A stretch of 64,000 nucleotides of DNA from an uncultured Candidatus Saccharibacteria bacterium (GCA_964586695.1 CAZPGQ010000001.1:5350-69349); one strand, 5' to 3'; counted from the first letter of the stretch, positions 54,314-64,000 are shown. Numbers and translations: made by a program. The notes: generated by a model from the sequence alone, not told the origin.

Positions 54314-54535
54314 ATGTCAAAAAAGTGGAAAATTTTCTATAAGACTCTAGGTTTTATTTTTATAGTAGTTGGTGTGTCTCTGTATTGGACCCCTGTTCCA
54401 GGCACAACTATTTTGATTATTCTTGGATTCGTATGGTTTATTGGTAAGTCAAAAACACTTTCTTTTTTCAAAGAGAACTTGAATAAGAAAGTATTCAGAT
54501 ACCTGAGACTCGGTGCAATAATTAAAAAAATGTAG
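54314..54535 (+). CDS. Small two-TM membrane protein
   Basis: 73 aa with two hydrophobic helices. Confidence 0.35.
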   Translation: MSKKWKIFYKTLGFIFIVVGVSLYWTPVPGTTILIILGFVWFIGKSKTLSFFKENLNKKVFRYLRLGAIIKKM

Positions 54536-54547
54536 TTTTCAAAAGTA

Positions 54548-54765
54548 AATAATTATGATAAGGTTTCCTTAACAGCGCTTAAGAGATTAATCACCTCTAG
54601 CTTTGGGAAGAAAACTGAAAGGTGAGTAGAACCCAACGGGTGGCCCGTTATAGCCATAAAGAGAAGTAAACAAGGTGGTACCACGAAGAAATTCGTCCTT
54701 GCTTAGGAACATATTGTTCCTGCGCGAGGACGAATTTTTTATTTAAAAATTATTAATAAATTATC
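54548..54765 (+). promoter_or_regulatory. T-box leader (tRNA-sensing riboswitch) upstream of ileS, with an intrinsic terminator
   Basis: T-box sequence AACAAGGTGGTACCACG at 54669-54685. Terminator TTCGTCC...GGACGAA plus TTTTTT at 54693-54740. Stem I has AGAGA/AGTAGA K-turn-like motifs, and an ATC triplet (Ile codon AUC) sits in the putative specifier loop (TTAATCACC). Confidence 0.75.
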
Positions 54766-54768
54766 AAC

Positions 54769-57700
54769 ATGACTGAAGAAAATAAAAAAGGAGAAGTGGC
54801 TTTGAAAGAGGAAAAGATCCTTGAGTTTTGGAACGAAAAAGAAATTTTCAAAAAAACTTTGGACAGGAAATCAACAAAAGGAAACTTTGTATTTTACGAA
54901 GGCCCTCCTACTGCAAACGCAAAGCCAGCTCTGCACCACCTTGAGTCACGAGTTTTTAAAGACATCATTCCTCGTTTTAAAACGATGCAAGGTTTTTATG
55001 TGCGAAGAAAAGCAGGTTGGGATACACACGGACTTCCTGTTGAACTACAGATTGAAAAAAAACTTGGACTAAAATCAAAAAAGGAAATCGAAGCTTATGG
55101 GGTGGAGAAATTTAACAAAGAATGTAAAGACAGCGTGTTTCAATATATCGGTGATTGGGAAAAGTTTACTGATCGAATTGGATACTGGGTAGACAAAAAG
55201 GATGCTTACTATACTTTTGACACTCCATACATAGAGTCTGTTTGGAATATTTTGAAAACTGTAAACGAGAAAGGTTTGCTATATAAGGACTATAAAGTCC
55301 TTCCTTGGTGTCCTCGTTGTGGCACTGCACTATCTTCACATGAACTAGCTCAAGGTTATCAAGACGACAAAGATCTTTCTGTTACAGCAAAGTTTAAAAT
55401 AAAAGGTGTAGATAACGGGTACTTTTTAGCTTGGACAACAACACCTTGGACATTGCCTGGAAATGTTGCTTTGGCAGTCGGGCCAGATATTACATATGTC
55501 GAGGCAAAAGTAGGTAGTGAGATTCTAGTTCTGGCAAAAGAGAGACTTTCAGTTCTTACAGAGCCATACGAAATAGTAGCAGAACACAAGGGAAGTGAAT
55601 GTGTTGGAATGGAGTACGAACCACTATACCCATATATGCAAAAAAAGTTTGGAGACAAAAATCCAGAAGCTTTTGCAAAAGCATTTAAGGTTTATTCTGC
55701 TGAGTTTGTTACAACCACAGATGGAACAGGTATCGTTCACACAGCTGTGATGTACGGACAGGATGACTTTGTTTTGGGAAACCAAATTGGTTTACCAAAG
55801 TTTCATTTGGTAAAAGACGACGGGCACTATTTGGATGGAATGGATTTCTTGTCTGAAAGATTTGTTAAAGACGAGGAGGTCGCAGTGGATGTTATAAAAG
55901 ATTTAGCCCACAGAGGATTACTTTTCAACAAAGAAAAGTACGAGCACTCATACCCGCATTGTTGGAGATGCAAAACTCCTCTTATCTATTACGCGAGAGA
56001 CTCTTGGTATATTGCCATGTCAAAACTTCGTGGAGAGCTTCTTTCTGAAAATGAGGGCATCACTTGGGAGCCTGGACATATAAAAGAAGGCCGTTTTGGT
56101 GAGTGGTTAAAAGAAATAAAAGACTGGGCAATTTCTCGAGAAAGATACTGGGGAACACCACTGCCTATTTGGAAAAACGAAGAAGGAAAGATAAAAGTTA
56201 TTGGAAGTGTGGATGATTTGAAAAAGTTTTCAAAGAAGTCTGGAAATAAATACTACATAATCCGTCATGGAGAAGGTGAACACAATGTTGCAAACATAAT
56301 CAGTTCTAAAAAAGATGATAATTTTCATCTAACAGAAAAGGGAAAAGAACAGGTTAGGGTATCAGCTGAATTTATGAAAGAGAAGGGAATTACAAAGATA
56401 ATTTCTTCGCCTTTCATTAGAACAACAGAAACTGCTGAAATAATCAGAGAAATTTTAGGTTTGGATAAAAGCAAACTGATTTTTGATGAAAGACTTTCAG
56501 AACACGATCTCGGTGACCTAAATGGAAAACCTATAAGTGACTATCACAAGATTGCTAAGACAAATGAGGATATATATGAAATGAAGGTTGGCGGGGGAGA
56601 AAGTTTGGAAGATATGAAAGTTAGAACTGGAGAGTTTCTCTATGATGTTGATAAAAACAACAGTAATGAAAATATCCTGATTGTTACACATGAACACACT
56701 ACATGGGCATTAGAATCAGCTGGAAAAGGATTGAATAAAAAAGATACTGCGAGTTTAAGAAAAGAGCATCAGGAGTTTATAAAAAACGCAGAGATTCAAA
56801 ATTTGGATTTTGTTCAGATGCCACATAACTCGAAATATGAAATTGATCTTCACAAACCATATATCGATAGTGTAGAGCTTGTTGACGAAGATGGTACTAC
56901 TTTAACTCGAGTAAAAGAGGTGATGGACGTTTGGTTTGATTCTGGAGCGATGCCTTTTGCGCAGGATCATTTTCCTTGGAATGAAGGGGAGATTTCATAT
57001 CCAGCAGATTTTATTTCTGAGGCTATAGATCAGACACGAGGATGGTTCTACACACTGCACGCTATAGGTGTTTTGATGGGTAAAGGTAAGGCATACAAAA
57101 ATGTAATTTGTCTCGGTCACATACTTGATAGCGAAGGTAAGAAAATGTCGAAGTCGATAGGAAATATTATTGATCCATGGTTAATGATGGATAAATATGG
57201 AGTAGATGCTCTTAGGCTTTGGATGTACACAGTAAATAGTCCGGGGGATTCAAAAAACTTTGATGAGAAAACTGTTGATGAAATAGTAAAAAAAGTTTTC
57301 AATCCACTACTTAACATTGTCGCTTTCTATGAGTTGTATAAAGATGAAACTATTGTTGCACACAATAAAAGTGAAAATGTTTTGGATAAATGGATTTTGT
57401 CTCGGCTTAACGAACTCATAAAAAATGGAACAAATTCTTTGGAGAAGTTTCAGGTTTTTGAGTCCGCTAGACCGATAAGAGATTTTGTTAATGATTTTTC
57501 AACTTGGTATGTGAGACGATCAAGAGAGAGGTTTAAATCAGATGATAAAAATGAAAAAGGGGATGCACTGGGTACAACATTATTTGTGCTAAAGGAGCTC
57601 TCAAAATATATGGCACCTTTTACTCCATTTTTTGCAGAGCAGGTTTATCAGCAGATAAAAGTGGAAAGTGATGTAGAAAGTGCGCATTTGTGTGACTGGC

Positions 57701-58185
57701 CAGAAGCCGGACAAGTTGATTCCGAAATAATAGAAAGTATGAAAAAGGTTCGTGAAGTTGTAACTTCTGCTTTGGAGATAAGACAAAAGTCAGGACACAA
57801 AGTTCGACAACCTTTGGCGAAGCTTTCTATTCCAGAAAATCTGTCACAAAACTTACTCGATATCATTGCAGACGAGGTAAATGTAAAAGAAGTTGTGGTG
57901 GGTGGAAGCGAAGTAAAACTTGATACTGAACTAACAGAGGAATTAAAGAAAGAGGGAATTGCTAGGGATATCATTCGGGCTATTCAGGATGCTAGAAAGA
58001 AAGAAAACCTAAATCCAAATGATGCTATCAAAATTGTTATGTGCACTGACAAGAAGGAAATAGTAGATGGATACATGGAAATGATAAAATCTCCAACAGG
58101 TGTTAATGAAATATCTTATTCAGGAGACAAGCAAGCCTACCTGGTTGAGGTGGAGGGTAGTACTTCTTTCTCTGTGATAAAGTAG
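54769..58185 (+). CDS. ileS: Isoleucyl-tRNA synthetase carrying an embedded histidine-phosphatase (PGAM-like) domain
   Basis: HIGH-type motif PPTANAKPALHHLESR, CP1 editing motif TGIVHTAVMYGQDDF, ISRERYWGTPLPIW, DVWFDSG and KMSKSIGN. About 165 aa (protein 493-655, nt ~56245-56735) are inserted between PIW and DVWFDSG. The insert contains YIIRHGEGEHN (RHG signature), SPFIRTTETAEII and ILIVTHEHTTWAL. Confidence 0.9.
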   Translation: MTEENKKGEVALKEEKILEFWNEKEIFKKTLDRKSTKGNFVFYEGPPTANAKPALHHLESRVFKDIIPRFKTMQGFYVRRKAGWDTHGLPVELQIEKKLGLKSKKEIEAYGVEKFNKECKDSVFQYIGDWEKFTDRIGYWVDKKDAYYTFDTPYIESVWNILKTVNEKGLLYKDYKVLPWCPRCGTALSSHELAQGYQDDKDLSVTAKFKIKGVDNGYFLAWTTTPWTLPGNVALAVGPDITYVEAKVGSEILVLAKERLSVLTEPYEIVAEHKGSECVGMEYEPLYPYMQKKFGDKNPEAFAKAFKVYSAEFVTTTDGTGIVHTAVMYGQDDFVLGNQIGLPKFHLVKDDGHYLDGMDFLSERFVKDEEVAVDVIKDLAHRGLLFNKEKYEHSYPHCWRCKTPLIYYARDSWYIAMSKLRGELLSENEGITWEPGHIKEGRFGEWLKEIKDWAISRERYWGTPLPIWKNEEGKIKVIGSVDDLKKFSKKSGNKYYIIRHGEGEHNVANIISSKKDDNFHLTEKGKEQVRVSAEFMKEKGITKIISSPFIRTTETAEIIREILGLDKSKLIFDERLSEHDLGDLNGKPISDYHKIAKTNEDIYEMKVGGGESLEDMKVRTGEFLYDVDKNNSNENILIVTHEHTTWALESAGKGLNKKDTASLRKEHQEFIKNAEIQNLDFVQMPHNSKYEIDLHKPYIDSVELVDEDGTTLTRVKEVMDVWFDSGAMPFAQDHFPWNEGEISYPADFISEAIDQTRGWFYTLHAIGVLMGKGKAYKNVICLGHILDSEGKKMSKSIGNIIDPWLMMDKYGVDALRLWMYTVNSPGDSKNFDEKTVDEIVKKVFNPLLNIVAFYELYKDETIVAHNKSENVLDKWILSRLNELIKNGTNSLEKFQVFESARPIRDFVNDFSTWYVRRSRERFKSDDKNEKGDALGTTLFVLKELSKYMAPFTPFFAEQVYQQIKVESDVESAHLCDWPEAGQVDSEIIESMKKVREVVTSALEIRQKSGHKVRQPLAKLSIPENLSQNLLDIIADEVNVKEVVVGGSEVKLDTELTEELKKEGIARDIIRAIQDARKKENLNPNDAIKIVMCTDKKEIVDGYMEMIKSPTGVNEISYSGDKQAYLVEVEGSTSFSVIK

Positions 58186-58190
58186 GAAAA

Positions 58191-58772
58191 ATGTCCTACC
58201 ACATCTACACAACAGAAGGGATCATTCTAAAGAGAGCTCCTTTTGGAGAGGCGAATTTGTTGTTGTATATTTTGACATCCGAACTAGGGCTTATTATTGC
58301 TTCGGCACGATCTGCTAGAGTATCTGCTTCAAAACTTCGCCCAGCATTGCAAGAATACGCCCACGTGTCTGTGTCTTGTGTTAAAGGGAAGGGTGGTTGG
58401 AAGGTTACAAATGTCGCGTCTATAGAGAACTATTTTTTTGAGTCACCAGAACATACACATAAAGTCATGGCGCAGATTGTGACTTTGCTAATTAAAATGA
58501 TGCCTGGTGAGGAGCGTCACACTGCAGTTTTTTCTTTGGTCAAAAGTGCCTTCACGGAAATAAAAAATATTGAAAAGGAGGGTCTAGAAAGTTTTGAGAT
58601 GTTGGTTGTTTTGAGGATTATGTTTGAGTTGGGTTATGTCGCAAAAAATAGTGAGATAGAAATATTTTTGAAAGATAATAATTGGGAAAATGATATTTTA
58701 AGGGAGGTGTCTGTTAATAGAAATATTTTACTTGGGGTTGTTAACAAGGCTATAAAAGAAAGTCAGCTGTAA
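58191..58772 (+). CDS. recO: DNA repair protein RecO (short form)
   Basis: N-terminal OB fold MSYHIYTTEGIILKRAPFGEANLLLYILTSELGLI is typical of RecO. 193 aa. Confidence 0.6.
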   Translation: MSYHIYTTEGIILKRAPFGEANLLLYILTSELGLIIASARSARVSASKLRPALQEYAHVSVSCVKGKGGWKVTNVASIENYFFESPEHTHKVMAQIVTLLIKMMPGEERHTAVFSLVKSAFTEIKNIEKEGLESFEMLVVLRIMFELGYVAKNSEIEIFLKDNNWENDILREVSVNRNILLGVVNKAIKESQL

Positions 58773-58815
58773 ACTGCTAGAAAATAAAACTAGTCGTGTG
58801 TTATAATTATTGACT

Positions 58816-60723
58816 ATGGAACCAAACTCTGAAGAAAGTAGTATAGAGCGTTTAAAAAGGAATTTATATTCCCGAAATGAAAAACTTGTTCCTAAAGAAA
58901 AAAGGACTCCAGTTCCTGCACACGAAGTTGATGTGCAACAAAATTGGGGAACGAATACAAATTTCGATTTATCACCAGAAGCTATGGCAAAGAAAAACAA
59001 TTCATTTTTTAATAAGTTTTTGTTGGGTTCTCTAGTATTTTTCTTGCTATCTTTGGGTGTAGCTGCTTTTATTTTCTTTGGTGGGTTGAATATGATTTCT
59101 TCGAACAATCTAGATGTAAAAGTTACAGCTCCTAGTTCTGTTTCTTCAGGAGAAGAATTGCCTATAGGACTTTCTATTGTAAATGGTAATAGGACTGATT
59201 TGGAAGAAGTGTCGCTTTTTGTTGAGTATCCAGAAGGTTCGGAATCTGTAGAAGAACAGGGTAAAGATTTAACACGAGAAAAAATTCAATTGGGCATAAT
59301 CCCGAAAGGGAAGTCTGGAGAACATAATTTGAATGTTATTTTGTTTGGCGAAAAGGATGCAATAAAGACATTTACGTTTAGATTGGAATATAAAGTAAAA
59401 GGTTCCAATGCTGTATTTTCTAAAGAAAAAAAGTTTGATGTGATGATAAGTTCTTCTCCTTTATTGTTAGATGTATCATATCCAAAAGAAGTGAATTCCG
59501 GTCAAATAGTTAGTGTCACTATTGATCTTACTTCAAACTCTACTGTTCCTGTAAAGAATACTTTGATAAAAGTAGAATACCCATATGGTTTTACATACAA
59601 AGATTCAACAATGTCACCTTATAGAGATAATAATATTTGGAATCTTGGCGACCTAAAAGACGGTGATAAAAAAACTTTAACAATTCGAGGTATTCTTGTC
59701 GGCCAGAATCTTGAGGACAGATCATTTAGAGTTTCTGCTGGAGCCCAAAGCGCAGATAATTCAAAGGATTTTGATACAACTTTGGCAACAGGTATATTCA
59801 CTATGGGAATTAGAAAATCGTTTTATGATTTGACTGTAAGTTATAACCAGCAGTCAGCTCCCGTAGCCGGACAGTCTATCCCTGTTGATATAAGATGGCA
59901 GAACACATTACCTGATAAAATAATAAATAGTAATATTCAAGTTACTATTTCTGGAAATGCTTTTGATCGTAATCTTGTTTCTGCAAGTGCTGGAGGTTTT
60001 TATCGTTCAGTCGATAATACAATTATTTGGGACAAGAATAGTAATTCTAGTCTTGCAACCATATTGCCGGGGGATTCGAGTCAGGCTGGTTTTTCTGTAA
60101 CATCTTTTGTTGATATGACATCGGGTAAGTTGATTAAAAATCCTCATATTGATTTGCATATTGTTATTTCTGGAGATAGATCTGGATCCGATTCTTCTAC
60201 AGTTACTTCAGAGGAAGATATAACAATTAAAATCGCGACAAATATTGGTATAAAGGCAAAAACCCTAAGAGATGCTGGTCCTTTTACCAATACTGGACCA
60301 ATACCACCAAAAGCAGATAAAGAAACTACCTATACAATAACTTGGTCTTTATCAAACACTACAAATGATATTAAAAATACAGTAGTCACAACAACTTTGC
60401 CGGTAGGGGTAGAATGGAAAGCTGAAACATCTCCATCTGGTGAAAAATTATCATATGATCCAAGTTCAAGAGTTGTGACGTGGGCTGTTGGTAACGTTTC
60501 TGCTGGTGTGGGTTACGGGTATGCACCAAGAGAAGCTTCTTTTAAGGTCGGATTAACTCCAAGTATAAATCAAATTGGTACAAGTCCTATTCTGACAAGT
60601 TCAATTAACGTATCAGCAACAGATAGCTATACAGAAAAACAGGTTATTTCTTCTACGCAAGAATTAAATACAAGATATGTTGATGCTACTTTCATAAATG
60701 GTAGAGAAATCGTAGTCAAATAG
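58816..60723 (+). CDS. Type II (N-in) membrane-anchored surface protein with beta-rich repeats
   Basis: About 60-aa cytoplasmic N-terminus, a single TM helix (FLLGSLVFFLLSLGVAAFIFFGG), and a long extracellular beta-rich region with repeated blocks. A TATAAT box 9 nt upstream of the ATG at 58816; the track start is a TTG. Confidence 0.5.
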   Translation: MEPNSEESSIERLKRNLYSRNEKLVPKEKRTPVPAHEVDVQQNWGTNTNFDLSPEAMAKKNNSFFNKFLLGSLVFFLLSLGVAAFIFFGGLNMISSNNLDVKVTAPSSVSSGEELPIGLSIVNGNRTDLEEVSLFVEYPEGSESVEEQGKDLTREKIQLGIIPKGKSGEHNLNVILFGEKDAIKTFTFRLEYKVKGSNAVFSKEKKFDVMISSSPLLLDVSYPKEVNSGQIVSVTIDLTSNSTVPVKNTLIKVEYPYGFTYKDSTMSPYRDNNIWNLGDLKDGDKKTLTIRGILVGQNLEDRSFRVSAGAQSADNSKDFDTTLATGIFTMGIRKSFYDLTVSYNQQSAPVAGQSIPVDIRWQNTLPDKIINSNIQVTISGNAFDRNLVSASAGGFYRSVDNTIIWDKNSNSSLATILPGDSSQAGFSVTSFVDMTSGKLIKNPHIDLHIVISGDRSGSDSSTVTSEEDITIKIATNIGIKAKTLRDAGPFTNTGPIPPKADKETTYTITWSLSNTTNDIKNTVVTTTLPVGVEWKAETSPSGEKLSYDPSSRVVTWAVGNVSAGVGYGYAPREASFKVGLTPSINQIGTSPILTSSINVSATDSYTEKQVISSTQELNTRYVDATFINGREIVVK

Positions 60724-60776
60724 AATCTAATTTTCGGGTTTGAAAGTCCAAGCTTTATACGCTAGTATACTTACAT

Positions 60777-62114
60777 ATGGCTGAAACTTCAAAAAATAGT
60801 GAATTAATGGAGAAAATAGTATCTCTTTGTAAGAGACGCGGTTTTATATTTCAGGGTTCTGAGATATACGGTGGTTTTGCTGGCACTTGGGATTATGGTC
60901 CATATGGAGCAGAGCTTTCAAATAATATAAAAAATATTTGGTGGAAAATGTTCATATCTGACAGGGAAGATATGTATGGTGTTGATACTGCAATAATAAT
61001 GAACCCAAAAGCTTGGGAGGCGTCTGGACACGTGTCTGGTTTTTCTGATCCTTTAGTTGAGTGTCAAAAATGTCATCACAGGTTTAGATCAGACCAGTTA
61101 GAAGATAAAGCAAAATGTCCTGACTGCGGTGGAAATTTTGGCGAGGAAAAGCAGTTTAATATGATGTTTAAAACTCATGTTGGTGCTACAGAAGATGAAA
61201 GTTCTGTTGCATATTTACGACCTGAAACTGCTGGAGGTATGTTCGTTAACTTTAAAAACATAATGGATTCCATTCATCCAAAACTTCCTTTCGGTATGGG
61301 TCAGATAGGTAAGGCTTTTAGAAATGAAATAGCTCCAAGAGATTTTATTTTCCGTTCAAGAGAGTTTAAACAGATGGAGATAGAGTATTTTGTTGATCCA
61401 AGAGATGAGAAAAATGTAATGTCTATTTTTGACTCATGGTTTGATGAGCAAATGAATTTCCTAAAAGCTATAGGACTTACAGAAAGTAAATTACATAAAA
61501 TAGAGGTACCTGAAGCAGACAGAGCTTTTTATTCAAAGAGAAGTGTAGACACAGAATATGATTTTCCTTTCGGCCAGAAAGAGCTTTTGGGTTTGGCTTA
61601 TCGAACAGACTATGACTTGAAAAATCATTCTTCTGCTTCTGGTGTAGATCTTTCATATTTTGATGAAGAAACAAAAGAAAGAATAGTTCCCCATTGTATA
61701 GAACCAACTTTTGGATTAGAGAGGCTTGTTTTGGCTGTTATGTCTGATGCATATTCAGAAGAAGAAAAAGATGGTGAAGTAAGAGTATATTTAAAATTTA
61801 CTCCAAAAGTTGCCCCAGTTAAAATTGCAGTTTTCCCTCTACTTAAAAACAAGCCAGAGTTAGTGAATAAGGCGACAGAGGTTTACAAAACACTCAAAAA
61901 AGAATTCGGTGCAGTGATGTTTGACGATAACGGTAATATTGGAAAGAGATATCGAAGACAGGATGAAATAGGAACTCCTTGGTGTGTGACAGTTGATTTT
62001 GAGACAATAGAAAAAAACGCTGGTGTAACTGTTAGAGATAGAGATGCTGGTGAACAAAAAAGAATGACTATCGATGAACTTGTTGGATTTGTTAAGAAAG
62101 AATTATCTTCTTAG
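60777..62114 (+). CDS. glyQS: Glycyl-tRNA synthetase (class II, alpha2 dimer type)
   Basis: N-terminus KRRGFIFQGSEIYGGFAGTWDYGPYG. Class II motifs FRNEIAPRD. C-terminal anticodon-binding domain. Confidence 0.85.
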   Translation: MAETSKNSELMEKIVSLCKRRGFIFQGSEIYGGFAGTWDYGPYGAELSNNIKNIWWKMFISDREDMYGVDTAIIMNPKAWEASGHVSGFSDPLVECQKCHHRFRSDQLEDKAKCPDCGGNFGEEKQFNMMFKTHVGATEDESSVAYLRPETAGGMFVNFKNIMDSIHPKLPFGMGQIGKAFRNEIAPRDFIFRSREFKQMEIEYFVDPRDEKNVMSIFDSWFDEQMNFLKAIGLTESKLHKIEVPEADRAFYSKRSVDTEYDFPFGQKELLGLAYRTDYDLKNHSSASGVDLSYFDEETKERIVPHCIEPTFGLERLVLAVMSDAYSEEEKDGEVRVYLKFTPKVAPVKIAVFPLLKNKPELVNKATEVYKTLKKEFGAVMFDDNGNIGKRYRRQDEIGTPWCVTVDFETIEKNAGVTVRDRDAGEQKRMTIDELVGFVKKELSS

Positions 62115-62169
62115 TTCGTCATATGTTCCTGTGGTATAATTGTTAGATTATTAACTAAAACTAATTTAG

Positions 62170-63237
62170 ATGGAAATTAGAGAACAAAGCATAAGCATTA
62201 GTATTGGAACTATTATAAAGGCGATAGTCGTCGGTCTTTTGTTTGTCACTCTTTTTATACTTAAGGATTTGGTTTTGGTGTTGCTAGTCTCTATTGTGGT
62301 TGCATCTTCAGTTGAACCGGGCACTCAGTGGTTTATTCGGAGGAAAGTTCCGAGACTTTTTGCGGTTATCTTGATTTACCTTTTGATCGCTATTGCTTTT
62401 GCTTGTGTAGTATTTTTTCTCTTGATTCCGCTTCTGTCAGAGTCTGGGGATTTTTTGAAAAATTTTCCAGTTTACTTTAATGCCAGTGTGGTTTCTGACA
62501 CTATAGGGAACACAGGTTTTGTTGCTGATTTAACAAATAGTTTAAATATTGAAAAAGTAATTACACAGATAAATACTCTTGTAGCTACTGTTTCAGGCAA
62601 TGCCTTTGGTACTGTCACTACAGTTTTCGGAGGTCTTTTGAGTTTTTTCCTTATGACTATTTTGTCATTCTATCTTGCTGTAGAAGAAGATGGAGTAGGG
62701 AAGTTTTTGAAAGCTATTACTCCGCTTAAACATGAAAAGTATGTTGTTGCTCTTTGGCTGAGATCACAAAGAAAAATAGGTCTTTGGATGCAAGGACAAC
62801 TTGTTCTGGCAATAATAATCGGCATGCTTGTTTATCTTGGACTTTCTATTATCAATGTTCCGAACGCACTTTTACTAGCGTCTCTTGCCGCAGCATTCGA
62901 GATCATTCCTTTGTTTGGTCCAATATTGGCTTCTATACCAGCAGTTATGATATCTTTTGTTGCTGGAGGTTTCCCTTTGGCAATACTTGTAATAGGACTT
63001 TATCTTATTGTTCACCAGTTTGAAAATCAGTTAATTTACCCTTTGGTTGTAAAAAAGGTTGTGGGTGTATCTCCAATAGTTTCTATTATTGCTTTGGCTG
63101 CTGGTTGGGAATTGGCTGGGTTTGTCGGTCTTGTTCTTTCTGTGCCTATCGCTGCAGTGATAATTGAATTTCTTGATGATCTTGAAAAAAATAAAATAGA
63201 AAAAGTCGAGAGAATGATGAATAGTCAAAATAACTAG
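62170..63237 (+). CDS. AI-2E family transporter (PerM/YdiK/TqsA-like)
   Basis: Eight TM helices with the family motif IPLFGPILASIPAVMISFVAGGFP...YLIVHQFENQLIYPLVV. An extended -10 (TGGTATAAT) is upstream. Confidence 0.8.
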   Translation: MEIREQSISISIGTIIKAIVVGLLFVTLFILKDLVLVLLVSIVVASSVEPGTQWFIRRKVPRLFAVILIYLLIAIAFACVVFFLLIPLLSESGDFLKNFPVYFNASVVSDTIGNTGFVADLTNSLNIEKVITQINTLVATVSGNAFGTVTTVFGGLLSFFLMTILSFYLAVEEDGVGKFLKAITPLKHEKYVVALWLRSQRKIGLWMQGQLVLAIIIGMLVYLGLSIINVPNALLLASLAAAFEIIPLFGPILASIPAVMISFVAGGFPLAILVIGLYLIVHQFENQLIYPLVVKKVVGVSPIVSIIALAAGWELAGFVGLVLSVPIAAVIIEFLDDLEKNKIEKVERMMNSQNN

Positions 63238-63255
63238 ACAGAATTTCTGAAAGAT

Positions 63256-64000
63256 ATGGATAAAAATTTTTATATTACTACTACATTACCGTACGTGAAC
63301 TCTGATCCTCACGTGGGTTTTGCTATGGAGTTAGTAAGAGCCGACATAATAGCTAGAAGCAAAAAACTTCAGGGTTACAATGTATTTTTTAATACAGGAA
63401 CAGACGAGCATGGTCAAAAGTTGTATACAGCGGCAAGAGATGCTGGTAAGGATGTAAAAGATTATGTTGACGGTTTTGCTGATGTTTTTAAAAAATTACC
63501 AAACGCTTTGGGAGTTTTGGAGGACATCCATTTTATACGAACGACAGATAGTCACCACGAAAAGGCTGCTCAAGAGTTCTGGAAAAGATGTTTTGATAAC
63601 GGATATATTTACAAAAAGAACTACACTACAAAGTATTGTGTTGGTTGTGAGCTAGAAAAAACAGACTCAGAGTTAGTGGATGGAAAGTGTCCACTTCACC
63701 CAAAGTTAGATATAGAAATGCGAGATGAAGAAAACTATTTCTTTAAGTTTTCTGCTTTTGGTGACAAGCTTTTGGATTTTTATAAATCAAATCCAAATTT
63801 TGTAGTTCCAGATTTTCGATACAACGAGATAAAATCTTTTGTAGAAAGGGGACTGGAGGATTTTTCTATTTCACGACTGAAGGAAAAAATGTCTTGGGGT
63901 ATCGCTGTACCTGGGGATGAAAATCACGTTATGTATGTTTGGTTTGATGCGCTTGTAAACTATATTTCTACACTTGGCTGGCCAGAAAATATCGATCAGT
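63256..64000 (+). CDS. metG: Methionyl-tRNA synthetase, N-terminal part (3' end outside window; not in the ORF track)
   Basis: The frame is open from the ATG at 63256 to the window edge. PYVNSDPHVGFAMELVRADIIAR (HxGH-type), the zinc knuckle CVGCELEKTD...CPLHP, and VWFDALVNYIS. Confidence 0.85.
   Translation, partial: MDKNFYITTTLPYVNSDPHVGFAMELVRADIIARSKKLQGYNVFFNTGTDEHGQKLYTAARDAGKDVKDYVDGFADVFKKLPNALGVLEDIHFIRTTDSHHEKAAQEFWKRCFDNGYIYKKNYTTKYCVGCELEKTDSELVDGKCPLHPKLDIEMRDEENYFFKFSAFGDKLLDFYKSNPNFVVPDFRYNEIKSFVERGLEDFSISRLKEKMSWGIAVPGDENHVMYVWFDALVNYISTLGWPENIDQ

Noticed and set aside
1-64000. CRISPR arrays or cas genes
   Set aside because: No regularly spaced direct repeats were seen. The only repeat families are the ~118-nt intergenic element and short palindromes.

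Overview
This 64 kb window is an AT-rich chromosomal segment (about 35-37% GC by eye) with a housekeeping gene set typical of a reduced-genome bacterium of the CPR/Patescibacteria (Parcubacteria-like) type. Genes are short and tightly packed, many -10 boxes sit only 7-10 nt from the ATG, secE-nusG-rplK is not followed by rplA, type IV pilus genes are present, and there is almost no biosynthesis beyond nucleotide handling. Confident calls are murJ, lepA, ruvC, yebC, ruvB, ruvA, ruvX, polA, tsaE, mutM, uppS, an rluA-family gene, rpsT, rplS, rplK, secE, nusG, argS, ileS, glyQS, metG (3' partial), tmk, glyA, dcd and an AI-2E transporter. There are also seven tRNAs (Lys-TTT, Arg-GCG, Ser-TGA, Arg-TCT, Val-TAC, Leu-GAG, His-GTG), RNase P RNA, and a T-box leader in front of ileS. 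Unexplained structure falls into six groups. (1) A roughly 118-nt intergenic element that starts exactly at the stop codon of four + strand genes, with conserved ends (ACTTCCAAATTTGGCGA ... CATCCAAATTATGAAAG) and a central hairpin whose sequence varies. (2) Two single-gene GC-rich cassettes (about 55-58% GC) encoding a secreted protein and a lipoprotein. Each is driven by a near-consensus AT-rich sigma70 promoter, ends in a strong GC hairpin terminator and is flanked by CCCGCGGG-type palindromes. Two smaller GC-rich patches sit in the ruvC-yebC-ruvB locus. (3) ileS carries an embedded histidine-phosphatase (RHG, PGAM-like) domain. (4) A dTMP-synthesis and nucleotide house-cleaning cluster (dcd, a 441-aa two-part ThyX-like gene, tmk, glyA, a DNPH1/Rcl-like hydrolase, a MazG-like gene). 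(5) A tRNA-Lys locus with a 22-bp-arm perfect palindrome built from the tRNA 3' end plus a duplicated 3' fragment. (6) Several hairpin or inverted-repeat structures and a candidate sRNA. All calls come from reading the sequence and ORF translations; no searches were run.
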